A stretch of 34,270 bases of DNA from an uncultured Pseudobdellovibrionaceae bacterium (GTDB taxonomy: Bacteria > Bdellovibrionota > Bdellovibrionia > Bdellovibrionales > UBA1609), in assembly GCA_964409815.1 (NCBI GenBank), contig CAYPFC010000003.1:2367-36636 (forward strand). The letters run 5' to 3'. The notes beneath the pieces are model-generated. The model worked only from the letters and a program-made list of their open reading frames with translations. It did no database searches and had not been told where the DNA came from. A program made the translations under genes and the position numbers. Each line of letters opens with the position of its first letter. Positions within the stretch are counted from its first letter, which is position 1. Shown here piece by piece: positions 26,260-33,158 of the stretch.

Positions 26260-26883
26260 TTAGGCCTTCTTCGATTTCGCGTACGCGATGCAGAGGTCTT
26301 TCACGCTATCGAGGTTCAGCAGCACGCCCTTCACTTGTTTCTGGAAATAGTTGTACGCAATGACCGCGGGGATCGCCACGATCAGACCGACCGCGGTCGC
26401 GACGAGCGCTTTCGAAATTCCGATCATCACCGCGGTGGCGTCGCCCTGCGATTGCGCCAGGCCACGGAACGCGTCCATGATTCCGAACACGGTACCGAGC
26501 AGACCGATGAACGGGGCGTTCGAGCCCACGGTCGCCAAAAACCCGAGATAGCGCTCGAGCACAGGACGCTCGATCGACGCGAACGAGGTGAAAATTTCTT
26601 CGAGGCCGGCAAGTCCCTTTTCACGCACGTGACGGAGGCCGTACGAGAGACCGCGGGTCTCGAGCGCGTCGCGATCTTTGCTCATGTCCTCGAGGTCGTG
26701 GAGATTGTTCGATTGCAAAACCTCCCGCAAACGATTCGCGATGACCGCGCTCTGTCGGCGGACCTTACCAAGCGTGAAAAACCGCTCTAGAATGAAGGCG
26801 ATGGACAAAATGCTCAGGATAATGAGCACCCACAGCGTGACTTCATGTGCGACTTGCGCGATAGCAAAAAAGTTATCAGTCAT
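26260..26883 (-). CDS. MotA/TolQ/ExbB-family proton-channel protein
   Basis: 207 aa with three TM helices. The signature LATVGSNAPFIGLLGTVFGIMDAF is present. It lies immediately upstream of the ExbD-like gene. Confidence 0.85.
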   Translation of the reverse strand: MTDNFFAIAQVAHEVTLWVLIILSILSIAFILERFFTLGKVRRQSAVIANRLREVLQSNNLHDLEDMSKDRDALETRGLSYGLRHVREKGLAGLEEIFTSFASIERPVLERYLGFLATVGSNAPFIGLLGTVFGIMDAFRGLAQSQGDATAVMIGISKALVATAVGLIVAIPAVIAYNYFQKQVKGVLLNLDSVKDLCIAYAKSKKA

Positions 26884-26887
26884 GAAT

Positions 26888-26917
26888 GGCCTCCACCGTC
26901 AATTATCCCTGGAGGCC
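26888..26917 (-). promoter_or_regulatory. 8-bp GC-rich hairpin that sequesters the exbB-like Shine-Dalgarno sequence
   Basis: GGCCTCCA (26888-26895), 14-nt loop, TGGAGGCC (26910-26917). On the minus-strand RNA the 3' arm UGGAGGCC contains the SD GGAGG, 6 nt before AUG 26883. Confidence 0.4.
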
Positions 26918-26940
26918 GAGAAGGCGGTCAAGGTACGATC

Positions 26941-28728
26941 ATGTTGATGAGGCGAGTCGTCCAGAGAGCTTTAATCCCGATTCTCTCGGCGTTTCTGCTC
27001 ACGGCCTGTGAGCTGAATCGCGACAGCCAGCCTTCGGTCCTCGTGATCGCCGTCGAAGGTTTAAGTTTCGAAACACTCAGTTGTGATTCGGACGATTTGG
27101 CGGGGTTGCGGGCGTTTTGTGAGGAGTCCGTGCGCTTCTCCCACGCCTTCACGCCCTCCACCATGAGCCAAGCCGCGATGACGTCCCTCATGACCGGGCT
27201 TTACCCGATGGACCACGGCGTTCGTCACAATGGCGATAATTTCCTCTCGGCGAAGTTCAAGACCCTGGCGGAAAGCGCTCTTCAGCGCGGCTACCACACG
27301 CTCTTCGTCTCGGGCGGCCCGCCGATCTGGAGAAAGTCCGGCCTCGCGCAAGGCTTCGAGGTTTTCGACGACACCATGGACCTCGCTCCGGGCCTTTACT
27401 ATCGACCCGCGAAGGAAGTTTTTCGACTGGCGACGCAGTGGATGGACGGACTCGACGACGGACGCTCGACGTTCGTGACGACGTTTCTCGCCGACATGCA
27501 GTTTCCGCAGCAGGCCACGCGCACCGAGGACGGCGAGCTCCGCGAGCTCAGCGTGAGCGCGCAACTTGAGGAAATCGACGAGTCGCTCGAAGGATTGGTG
27601 AAGTGGCTTAAGGTCAACAAGCGCTGGAACTCCACGCACATCGTCCTCGTCGGGCTCAACGCGCTCGAGATCCCGGAGAGCGGCGAGCCGTCCACATTGA
27701 GCTTACGCTCGCGCTCCACCCAGGTGTCGTTGTTCATCAAGCCCTCGCGCAAAGAGCGCGACAACGTCATTCAGTGGGGCGTCGACCGAAACGTGAGCCT
27801 TGTCGATGTCGGTCACACGATGTTCGCATGGCTAGGGGTCGAGGCTCCGCGCTCGTCGCTCGACGCGCTTAAACCGCAGAGCCTAGCTTCGGCGCTTTCC
27901 CAGCCGGAGCCCAATTGGCCCGAAGGGCGCCTGCTCTTGAGCGAGACCGCTTGGCCCGATTGGCTCGAGGGCGCGGGCGTGCGTTGGTCCATCCGCCAAA
28001 ATCACTTTCTCTACATCCACGATTCGAAACCGCTGGTCTACAACACGCTGACGGATCGAATGGAAAACTTGAGCTTGAAAATCACCGACCCGCTCTGGAC
28101 ATCGCTGAACGCCGACGTGCTGAAGCTCCTTAAGCAGGCGCAGAATCCACCGTTCAAAGGCATGACCTCGCACTGGTTCGAACAGCTTCAAGTCGCGCGC
28201 GAGATGTGGGCCAAGAGCTCGGAGGCGCGCTCGCCGCGCGGAGACGAGTCGTGGACGAAGTGGGTGTTGAGGCATGCGATGAACGCGCGATCGTGGCGCG
28301 AGGTGAAACGCCTCTCGCAGGAAATCGGAGAGCCGGTCGGAACATACATAGCCGCCCGTCACATGGGCGAGAGCCTCCCCATGCCGCGTAACCCTTGTGT
28401 GCGCTTGCTGCTCGCCGCGAAGGGCGACAAGAAGCTCTTTCAGAGCGAGTGCGAAGACGAGCGCGTGCTGGCCCTGTACGCGTGGTCGACGGCGAAGGAC
28501 GAAGAGGATCGCTCGCGCGCGCAAGATCGTTTTCTGCAGCTCACCGGACAGGCTTGGATGGACCAGCAGATCGGCCGACTGAATTACTTGAACGGCCTAC
28601 GGTGGGACGTCGATCGCCAGTGGCCCGAAGCTCCGCAGCCGGTTGAGTATTTGCTCACTTTGAAGGAGTTCGAGGCGTACAGTAAGCGCGTCTCAAGCTT
28701 TCTGGAGACTAAAGACTTCCGCCTCTAA
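26941..28728 (+). CDS. Sulfatase-like (alkaline-phosphatase superfamily) lipoprotein with long C-terminal helical extension
   Basis: ATG 26941 gives MLMRRVVQRALIPILSAFLLTAC (lipobox). The N-terminal core VLVIAVEGLSFETL...AFTPSTMSQAAMTSLMTGLYPMDHGVRHNG resembles the sulfatase/PEA-transferase fold but lacks C/S-x-P-x-R. About 250 C-terminal residues have no recognised domain. Confidence 0.65.
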   Translation: MLMRRVVQRALIPILSAFLLTACELNRDSQPSVLVIAVEGLSFETLSCDSDDLAGLRAFCEESVRFSHAFTPSTMSQAAMTSLMTGLYPMDHGVRHNGDNFLSAKFKTLAESALQRGYHTLFVSGGPPIWRKSGLAQGFEVFDDTMDLAPGLYYRPAKEVFRLATQWMDGLDDGRSTFVTTFLADMQFPQQATRTEDGELRELSVSAQLEEIDESLEGLVKWLKVNKRWNSTHIVLVGLNALEIPESGEPSTLSLRSRSTQVSLFIKPSRKERDNVIQWGVDRNVSLVDVGHTMFAWLGVEAPRSSLDALKPQSLASALSQPEPNWPEGRLLLSETAWPDWLEGAGVRWSIRQNHFLYIHDSKPLVYNTLTDRMENLSLKITDPLWTSLNADVLKLLKQAQNPPFKGMTSHWFEQLQVAREMWAKSSEARSPRGDESWTKWVLRHAMNARSWREVKRLSQEIGEPVGTYIAARHMGESLPMPRNPCVRLLLAAKGDKKLFQSECEDERVLALYAWSTAKDEEDRSRAQDRFLQLTGQAWMDQQIGRLNYLNGLRWDVDRQWPEAPQPVEYLLTLKEFEAYSKRVSSFLETKDFRL

Positions 28729-29442
28729 GCCGGTGCGCTTTTTCAATTTGAACGCGATGGAATACAGAGTGTCTTCGTCGGTGGGCTTGTAGCGCGCGTC
28801 CGTCGTGGGGCGAATCGTGCAGAGCTGAATCGCCTTGGGCTTGATCATTCCGATGACTTCGATCCATTCATCGAGCGCGTCGGATCCGGTATTGTCGATC
28901 TCGCCGGTGAAGAAGATCGATTGGACCGTGCTGTCCTTCAGCTTGCGAATTCCACCCAGGAACTTCGCCAGATTGATTCGGATCAGCGGATCGTTCACTT
29001 TCATCATCAAAGCGTCGTTGCCGGCATCGATCTTAATCACGCGCTCGTCGGCAAGGTTGAGGCCGGTCACGACTTTCTTGTTGTCGAGGTGCGCGCCGTT
29101 CGAAAGAACGACGATCTTAGTTCCGGGCAAGTGAGCGTCGCGCAGCTCGCAAACGAGCTTCATCGCTTCGTCGAACTCAGGGTAAAGCGTCGGCTCGCCG
29201 TTGCCGGAAACGACGACGGCCTTCGTCTCGACCGAGCGGGAAATGTAATCTTTGAACGCGCGACTGAGGTCCTCAAGCTTCGGAAACTCGTAGTCTTTAC
29301 GAATGCGATTCATCGTCAGGACGGTCGGCCCCAAGCTGCAATAGACGCAGTTGTACGAGCACACCTTTTCGGCGCCGAGCAAATTGATCCCGAGGGTTGA
29401 GCCGTAACGCAGGGAAGTTACGGGGCCGTAAACGATTTCCAT
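28693..29442 (-). CDS. Small radical SAM protein (COG0731-like, no SPASM/auxiliary cluster region)
   Basis: 249 aa. MEIVYGPVTSLRYGSTLGINLLGAEKVCSYNCVYCSLG carries the CxxxCxxC motif. VVSGNGEPTLYP is a SAM-binding GGE-like motif. AAGGAAGA SD present. Its 3' end overlaps the convergent sulfatase-like gene by 36 nt. Confidence 0.8.
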   Translation of the reverse strand: MEIVYGPVTSLRYGSTLGINLLGAEKVCSYNCVYCSLGPTVLTMNRIRKDYEFPKLEDLSRAFKDYISRSVETKAVVVSGNGEPTLYPEFDEAMKLVCELRDAHLPGTKIVVLSNGAHLDNKKVVTGLNLADERVIKIDAGNDALMMKVNDPLIRINLAKFLGGIRKLKDSTVQSIFFTGEIDNTGSDALDEWIEVIGMIKPKAIQLCTIRPTTDARYKPTDEDTLYSIAFKLKKRTGLEAEVFSLQKA

Positions 29443-29503
29443 TCTTCCTTATTATCCGTGGAGGCCGCTCGATTTACAACGCGACCGTCGAACCAAGGTC
29501 TAG

Positions 29504-30184
29504 TTAGAAATTAAGCACGCCCAACCAGAACGGCAAGTCGGGATGCGCGCGCGACAATTTCTCGCTAATTGCATCCAGATTTGTCTGCTCGAACGGGACG
29601 GCGTAAAGAGGGTGAGAGACCACCGAGTGACTCAAGAACACGAGGCGGTCTCCGGGCTGGGTACGAAACGATGAGAGATTCATGTTTGTCGTCGTGTGCA
29701 GACCGATCAGGTTCTGGGGAAGGGGCGGCAGCATCTCGGGCGGTTGGCTCAATTCGGTTGCGAGATCGATCTGCACGCTCAAGGGGATCCAGGGGAGTTT
29801 CGGCCTGGCGAGAAATAGGTGCGGGTGGCCGACTTGCGCATAGGCAAGCTCGCCTTGAGAATGCGCGAAAACAAGAACTTCGACGCCGGCCTGGTATTCC
29901 TGCTTGTTATCCTCGCGGTAAACGGAATCGTTCGCGAGCATGAGCCCCGTACGCAAGCTGTTCGCCAGCGGAGATAAACAGGTCAGCTTCTGGAAGGGAG
30001 AAGTCGCCTCCATATCCTGGCGGGCCGAAAGGATGTAATCGGTCAGAATCTCGATGACCTTCTTGGCGGCGCCGCGATTGCCCCAAGGCGTGGCGACAAC
30101 GCCGAAGCTGCCATCCTCCTCGAGGTGAACTTCCGGGGTCGGTCGAAAGAGTTTTCCGCTGTACGAGCGCTGGTCAAAAGCCAT
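29504..30184 (-). CDS. PP2C-fold pseudophosphatase-like protein (all metal-binding Asp motifs substituted)
   Basis: I prefer ATG 30184 because it overlaps the upstream TAA as TAATG; the track start is 30274. A by-eye alignment to the window's own PP2C (2880..3614) shows a conserved hydrophobic framework, with ADGMGG changed to ATPWGN, VGDSR to VGHPH, CSDG to LSHS, and GDDN lost. Confidence 0.6.
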   Translation of the reverse strand: MAFDQRSYSGKLFRPTPEVHLEEDGSFGVVATPWGNRGAAKKVIEILTDYILSARQDMEATSPFQKLTCLSPLANSLRTGLMLANDSVYREDNKQEYQAGVEVLVFAHSQGELAYAQVGHPHLFLARPKLPWIPLSVQIDLATELSQPPEMLPPLPQNLIGLHTTTNMNLSSFRTQPGDRLVFLSHSVVSHPLYAVPFEQTNLDAISEKLSRAHPDLPFWLGVLNF

Positions 30185-32169
30185 TAGGTGCCGATCCCGT
30201 AACGTCTTAATTTGCTCTTCGCCTTCTTCGTATAGTCGTCGAAATCCAAGTTCTCTTTGATGATCCGTCGCCATTTCTCTTTCGCGCTGTCGACGTTGCC
30301 GAGGCTTTCCTCGAGCACGCTGTCTTCGTAGATGTTCTTCATCTCGCGCTTGAGCTCGGCGTGCATTTGACCGCGAATCTCTTTCGCTTCGGAGTTGCCC
30401 GGGTCTTCATCGACCGCTTTGTCGCAGGCGAGGTAGGCTTCCTTAAACTTGCTCTTTGAACCGAGGGTGCGGCACTGCTCGAGCAGAGAGTCGACCTTCG
30501 TCTTCAATTCCTTCTTGATCGACGCGAGCTCACGGCGGGCCGTGCTCTTCGTGCTTTCGATTTTCGGATAGGGCGAGTCGAGGAACTTCTCGTACTCGCG
30601 AACGGCCTTAAACAGGCTGCCGCTTTTCCAGATGCCGCGCGCTTTGTTGTAATGAGCTTCGCCCCTGGCGGCTTTCTGGTTTTCCTTTTCATTCTGCTCG
30701 GCGAGGAGCTTGCGCTCCTGCTCGCGCGCTTGCGCCGAGTGGATCATCTCGACGATCAATGAGTGCTCGGGGTCGAGCTCCATCGCCTCGGCCAGGCACT
30801 GTCGGGTTTCATCGACGGTCGCGTAGACAGTAAGCTTCGCCTTGCACGTTTCGACGTAGCCGGTGATTTGCTGTTCGATCATGGCGCGCTCGCGGTCGCG
30901 GCGCTCCAGATCGCGCTGGCGGTGCACGAGCTCTTTACCCTGCTCGCAGAAGGACTGAAGCTCTTTGGACGTTTCGAACTGCGGAATCAGCTCGTGAACT
31001 TTCGCAAGCTCGGTCAGGCAAAGCTCGTACTTGCCCGAGACGTAAAGGTTGCGCGCGAGCACGAAGGAGTCCTTCACGACCGATTTCTGTTCGGGCGAAA
31101 GGCTTTCGAAGACGACGCTTTGGCCGCCGACGGAACTGGGTTCACGCGCGGGCTTAGGTTTGTCGTCGGTAAGCGCGAGAATTAAGACGATGGGAATTAG
31201 CGCGATAAGCGCGACGCGGACTTTGTTTTTCTTCCAGTCGACATGCTTCAGGTGGTGTGGACGGAGCTTGCGCCAATCTTTCGGGATCTCCTCGAGCGCA
31301 CCGCCCGACTGAAGCTGGGGATACTGCATCATCTCGGGCGGATACCACGGCATCGGGGGCGCGGCGAGCATGGGGTCGAACGCCGGTACCGGCAGGTTCT
31401 CCATGCGGTTGCTGAAATGCGTATCGCGAATCTCGAATGACATGGCCACGTTCATCACGCGGATCTCATCGCCGCTGTCGAGGCGTGTCGGCTCGTGCGG
31501 AGGAATGCGCTGTCCGTTCAGTTTCGTTCCATTTGAGCTTCCAAGGTCGGTAATGAAGAAGCCTTCTTTCGTACGCGCGAGCTCGAAGTGCTTGCGGCTG
31601 ACGTGGGGGCTGTCGATCGGAATCTCGCATCCGGGATCGCGGCCGGCGACCCACAAATGTCCCTCGAGCTTGAGCACTTCGTCGTCCGCCGTATTCGGGT
31701 AAGACACGCGGAAATACGGGACGAGATTCGAAACTCCCGCGACAGTGGCTTCGTTATTCAGGCGGGGAGAGGTGTCCTCGCCCGGCGGATTCATGCGCGG
31801 CTGATAAAAGACCGGCAGATTCTCGGCGGGCTTGGGCCCGTCCGCGGAGCCGTCGGAGCTCTCGGCTCTCGGTTGAGGCGTCGGCTCGAAATAGAACTCA
31901 TAGGGCGGAACGCTGAACGCGCACGGCTCACCGAGCTCGATCACTTCGAGCGATTGGCTGCCTTTTTGGATCAACACGAATTTGCTTAAGGACTCGCAGA
32001 CCCATACGCCGTCGCGCTCATAGAACTTCAAATGGTGGCGAGAGATCCCGCGCTCGCTCGAAAGCACGATCTGCGCGTCTTGCGCGCGGCCGGCGACGTA
32101 CTCCATGCCGGGCTCCATCGTGATACGACTGACTTCTTCGCCGCGAAGCTTGACGGTCAAACGCGCCAT
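30184..32169 (-). CDS. Double-FHA, single-pass membrane protein with long coiled-coil/TPR-like C-terminal (predicted periplasmic) region
   Basis: ATG 32169 overlaps the upstream TGA (TGATG) and follows GGGGAGG. FHA1: VAGRAQDAQIVLSSERGISRHHLKF, with no SxNG. FHA2 is canonical: VAGRDPGCEIPIDSPHVSRKHFEL...ITDLGSSNGTKLNGQRI. TM helix VRVALIALIPIVLILAL. About 330 aa of helical repeats with paired Cys follow. Confidence 0.8.
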   Translation of the reverse strand: MARLTVKLRGEEVSRITMEPGMEYVAGRAQDAQIVLSSERGISRHHLKFYERDGVWVCESLSKFVLIQKGSQSLEVIELGEPCAFSVPPYEFYFEPTPQPRAESSDGSADGPKPAENLPVFYQPRMNPPGEDTSPRLNNEATVAGVSNLVPYFRVSYPNTADDEVLKLEGHLWVAGRDPGCEIPIDSPHVSRKHFELARTKEGFFITDLGSSNGTKLNGQRIPPHEPTRLDSGDEIRVMNVAMSFEIRDTHFSNRMENLPVPAFDPMLAAPPMPWYPPEMMQYPQLQSGGALEEIPKDWRKLRPHHLKHVDWKKNKVRVALIALIPIVLILALTDDKPKPAREPSSVGGQSVVFESLSPEQKSVVKDSFVLARNLYVSGKYELCLTELAKVHELIPQFETSKELQSFCEQGKELVHRQRDLERRDRERAMIEQQITGYVETCKAKLTVYATVDETRQCLAEAMELDPEHSLIVEMIHSAQAREQERKLLAEQNEKENQKAARGEAHYNKARGIWKSGSLFKAVREYEKFLDSPYPKIESTKSTARRELASIKKELKTKVDSLLEQCRTLGSKSKFKEAYLACDKAVDEDPGNSEAKEIRGQMHAELKREMKNIYEDSVLEESLGNVDSAKEKWRRIIKENLDFDDYTKKAKSKLRRYGIGT

Positions 32170-33158
32170 CAGAACCTCCCCTCGACGAAAGTATTGCAAG
32201 CCTCATAGTTGGCCTTGGCCTCCTTATATGTCTGGCTGTTGGCGTCTTTCACCATCACCATGACATTGCGGAACGCGGCTCTGCAGGATTTGAATTGGTT
32301 TTGGTCGCGATACTTGCGGCCCAGAACCATGTGGTACTGAATGACTTCGTTGAATTTTCGTTGCGAGAGTCGGAGGTAGCGATTGCATAGCGTATGCTCC
32401 GGATTGAGCGCGAGACAAGCTTGGAAGCTGATGAGCGCGCGCTCATATTGGCCGTCACGGTAGTCGCGGAATCCACGCACGTAGTTCTCTTGCGCCTGGC
32501 GGGCGTTCACGGAGCCGTCGAGTCTCTTGGTGTTCGCGGCTTCACCGGCTTCCTTAAGTTTGTACGCGGCCTCGATCTCGGCCTGGATGTCTTGCTCGGT
32601 TCTGAGCTTCTGGGCCTCTTTCTTCTTGGTCTCACTCGAGAAGAGCCAATATATAAGGAGTGCCACGATCCCGTAGATCAAGAAGCGTTTCGAGTTGTTT
32701 TGTCCCGGTCTCTTCGCCGTTCCGCGCGGGCGCGAAGGAGCGGCCGCCGGCGGGGGCAATCCGTAGGGCATCGGCGGATAGCCGTGTGGTGGCGCGTGGG
32801 GCACCGACATCAGCGGAACTTCCAGATGGGCCGGGCCGCCCATGTTGAATTGCAGTTCGGTTTCGCCGAGCGTGAGCGTGTCGCCTTCTCTTAAGCGGCC
32901 TTTGTTGACTTCATTGCCGTTAATCAGGACGGGGTTTTTCTCATTCAGGCATATGACTTCGCATTCGCCCGGCATGCACACGATCGTAACGTGCTTGCGG
33001 CTGACTTTCGGGTCGTTAACGACCACGAACTCGCACTCGGGGCTTCGGCCGATCGTGAACTGCGCGGAGTTCATCACGCGAACGGTGCCTTTCATGGCGC
33101 CGCTGATGACGGTCCAACGCGTTTCTAATCCGGGCGAGAGCGCGAGTGCTGAGCTCAT
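32169..33158 (-). CDS. FHA-domain, single-pass membrane protein with C-terminal TPR repeats
   Basis: ATG 33158 overlaps the upstream TGA (ATGA). FHA: FTIGRSPECEFVVVNDPKVSRKHVTI...NPVLINGNEV...GDTLTLGETELQF. Pro-rich linker. TM helix FLIYGIVALLIYWLF. TPR-like segments YVRGFRDYRDGQYERALISFQACLALNPEH and GRKYRDQNQFKSCRAAFRNVM. Confidence 0.8.
   Translation of the reverse strand: MSSALALSPGLETRWTVISGAMKGTVRVMNSAQFTIGRSPECEFVVVNDPKVSRKHVTIVCMPGECEVICLNEKNPVLINGNEVNKGRLREGDTLTLGETELQFNMGGPAHLEVPLMSVPHAPPHGYPPMPYGLPPPAAAPSRPRGTAKRPGQNNSKRFLIYGIVALLIYWLFSSETKKKEAQKLRTEQDIQAEIEAAYKLKEAGEAANTKRLDGSVNARQAQENYVRGFRDYRDGQYERALISFQACLALNPEHTLCNRYLRLSQRKFNEVIQYHMVLGRKYRDQNQFKSCRAAFRNVMVMVKDANSQTYKEAKANYEACNTFVEGRF

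Noticed and set aside
25849-26883. Calling the pair TolQ/TolR
   Set aside because: No tolA-tolB-pal genes follow; a convergent gene comes next. Only the family-level assignment (MotA/TolQ/ExbB and ExbD/TolR) is supported.
28693-29442. Radical SAM protein as an anaerobic sulfatase-maturating enzyme (anSME) for the adjacent sulfatase-like gene
   Set aside because: At 249 aa it is too short and lacks the Cys-rich SPASM/auxiliary-cluster region of anSMEs. The neighbouring sulfatase-like protein lacks the C/S-x-P-x-R target motif. The genes are convergent, not co-transcribed.
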